From: a virus
Lineage: Duplodnaviria > Heunggongvirae > Uroviricota > Caudoviricetes
DNA length: 18,233 nt
Virus record (IMG/VR): IMGVR_UViG_2734482771_000002
Direction: 5' to 3' (one strand)
The notes under the pieces were generated by a model, which ran no database searches, was not told the DNA's origin, and was given only the letters and a program-made list of their open reading frames with translations. Made by a program: the position numbers and the translations under genes. Position 1 is the first letter of the stretch; each line of letters starts with the position of its first letter. This document shows positions 16,950 to 18,233 of this stretch, piece by piece.

Positions 16950-18233
16950 ATGGATTTCCAGTTATATTCGCTCGGCGCAGCGTTAGTGTTTCATGAAATA
17001 TTTTTTCCTGAATCATCAACGGCAATGGCGTTAATTCTGGCAATGGGAACCTATGGTGCAGGTTATGTGGCGCGTATTGTCGGAGCATTTATTTTCGGCA
17101 AAATGGGCGACAGAATAGGGCGTAAAAAAGTGCTCTTTATTACCATCACCATGATGGGGATCTGTACCACCTTAATTGGAGTGTTACCGACCTATGCACA
17201 GATTGGTGTTTTTGCACCCATCTTGCTGGTGACGCTGCGTATTATTCAGGGATTGGGTGCAGGTGCGGAAATTTCCGGTGCCGGTACGATGCTGGCGGAA
17301 TATGCGCCAAAAGGTAAGCGCGGAATTATCTCCTCATTTGTGGCTATGGGAACTAACTGCGGAACCTTAAGCGCAACGGCAATCTGGGCCTTTATGTTCT
17401 TCATTCTCAGTAAAGAGGAACTGCTGGCGTGGGGATGGCGTATACCGTTCCTGGCGAGCGTTGTCGTGATGGTCTTTGCTATCTGGTTGCGTATGAATCT
17501 GAAAGAAAGCCCGGTCTTTGAGAAGGTTAACGACAGCAACCAACCGACAGCAAAACCTGCACCTGCTGGTAGCATGTTCCAGAGCAAATCCTTCTGGCTG
17601 GCAACAGGGCTGCGTTTTGGTCAGGCGGGTAACTCCGGTTTAATTCAGACTTTCCTTGCAGGCTATTTAGTACAGACGTTATTGTTTAACAAAGCAATTC
17701 CAACAGATGCATTGATGATCAGTTCGATTCTCGGCTTTATGACCATTCCGTTCCTTGGTTGGTTATCCGATAAAATTGGTCGCCGGATCCCGTATATTAT
17801 TATGAATACCTCTGCGATTGTGCTGGCGTGGCCAATGCTTTCTATCATCGTAGATAAAAGCTATGCCCCGAGCACCATTATGGTTGCACTGATTGTGATT
17901 CATAACTGTGCGGTGCTGGGATTATTTGCTCTGGAAAACATTACCATGGCAGAAATGTTCGGCTGTAAAAACCGCTTTACCCGGATGGCTATTTCAAAAG
18001 AAATTGGTGGTCTTATCGCTTCCGGTTTTGGTCCTATCCTGGCGGGTATTTTCTGCACCATGACGGAATCCTGGTATCCGATCGCCATTATGATCATGGC
18101 ATATTCAGTAATTGGTTTAATCTCTGCGCTGAAAATGCCAGAGGTGAAAGACCGTGATTTAAGTGCGCTGGAAGACGCTGCGGAAGATCAACCGCGTGTT
18201 GTAAGAGCTGCGCAACCTTCCAGAAGTCTGTAA
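16950..18233 (+). CDS. ydfJ: MFS transporter of the metabolite:H+ symporter type (YdfJ-like), apparently 5'-truncated
   Basis: 427-aa ORF MDFQLYSLGAALVFHEIFFPESSTAMALILAMGTYGAGYVARIVGAFIFGKMGDRIGRKKVLFITITM... with many hydrophobic helices. Its first residues align to the conserved (E)WYDF.LYG...FFP box that in ProP/ShiA-type transporters sits about 25-35 residues from the N-terminus, so the true N-terminus appears missing. In-frame stop at 16944-16946 just upstream; stop at 18231-18233. Confidence 0.8.
   Translation: MDFQLYSLGAALVFHEIFFPESSTAMALILAMGTYGAGYVARIVGAFIFGKMGDRIGRKKVLFITITMMGICTTLIGVLPTYAQIGVFAPILLVTLRIIQGLGAGAEISGAGTMLAEYAPKGKRGIISSFVAMGTNCGTLSATAIWAFMFFILSKEELLAWGWRIPFLASVVVMVFAIWLRMNLKESPVFEKVNDSNQPTAKPAPAGSMFQSKSFWLATGLRFGQAGNSGLIQTFLAGYLVQTLLFNKAIPTDALMISSILGFMTIPFLGWLSDKIGRRIPYIIMNTSAIVLAWPMLSIIVDKSYAPSTIMVALIVIHNCAVLGLFALENITMAEMFGCKNRFTRMAISKEIGGLIASGFGPILAGIFCTMTESWYPIAIMIMAYSVIGLISALKMPEVKDRDLSALEDAAEDQPRVVRAAQPSRSL

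Noticed and set aside
16927-16986. 19-codon ORF MGKNTCELWISSYIRSAQR overlapping the start of the transporter gene
   Set aside because: It is too short and unsupported to call as a gene. Its faint resemblance to the transporter N-terminal motif is better explained as a junction or frameshift remnant, and is mentioned only in that context.

Overview
The window is the right arm of a lambda-like (Qin-type) prophage and its junction with the host chromosome, identified by reading the ORF translations and recalling the lambda protein families (no database search was possible). Left to right: the right end of an IS66-family insertion sequence (1-225) that has split the tail terminator gene U (3' fragment 226-501); a complete, syntenic lambda tail module V, G, G-T (programmed -1 frameshift), H, M, L, K, I, J (509-10545); the outer-membrane moron lom bracketed by intrinsic terminators; side tail fibre stf and tail fibre assembly tfa; a convergent Pin-type serine DNA invertase; a small ydfK/ynaE-like gene; about 750 bp of AT-rich non-coding DNA; and an MFS transporter (ydfJ-like) lacking its N-terminus, consistent with prophage integration into that gene. 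I did not find an obviously novel multi-gene system. The points most worth follow-up are the IS-disrupted U gene, the apparently orphan invertase with no visible invertible segment, the mosaic J and Stf receptor-binding regions, and the structured non-coding DNA at the prophage/host junction.
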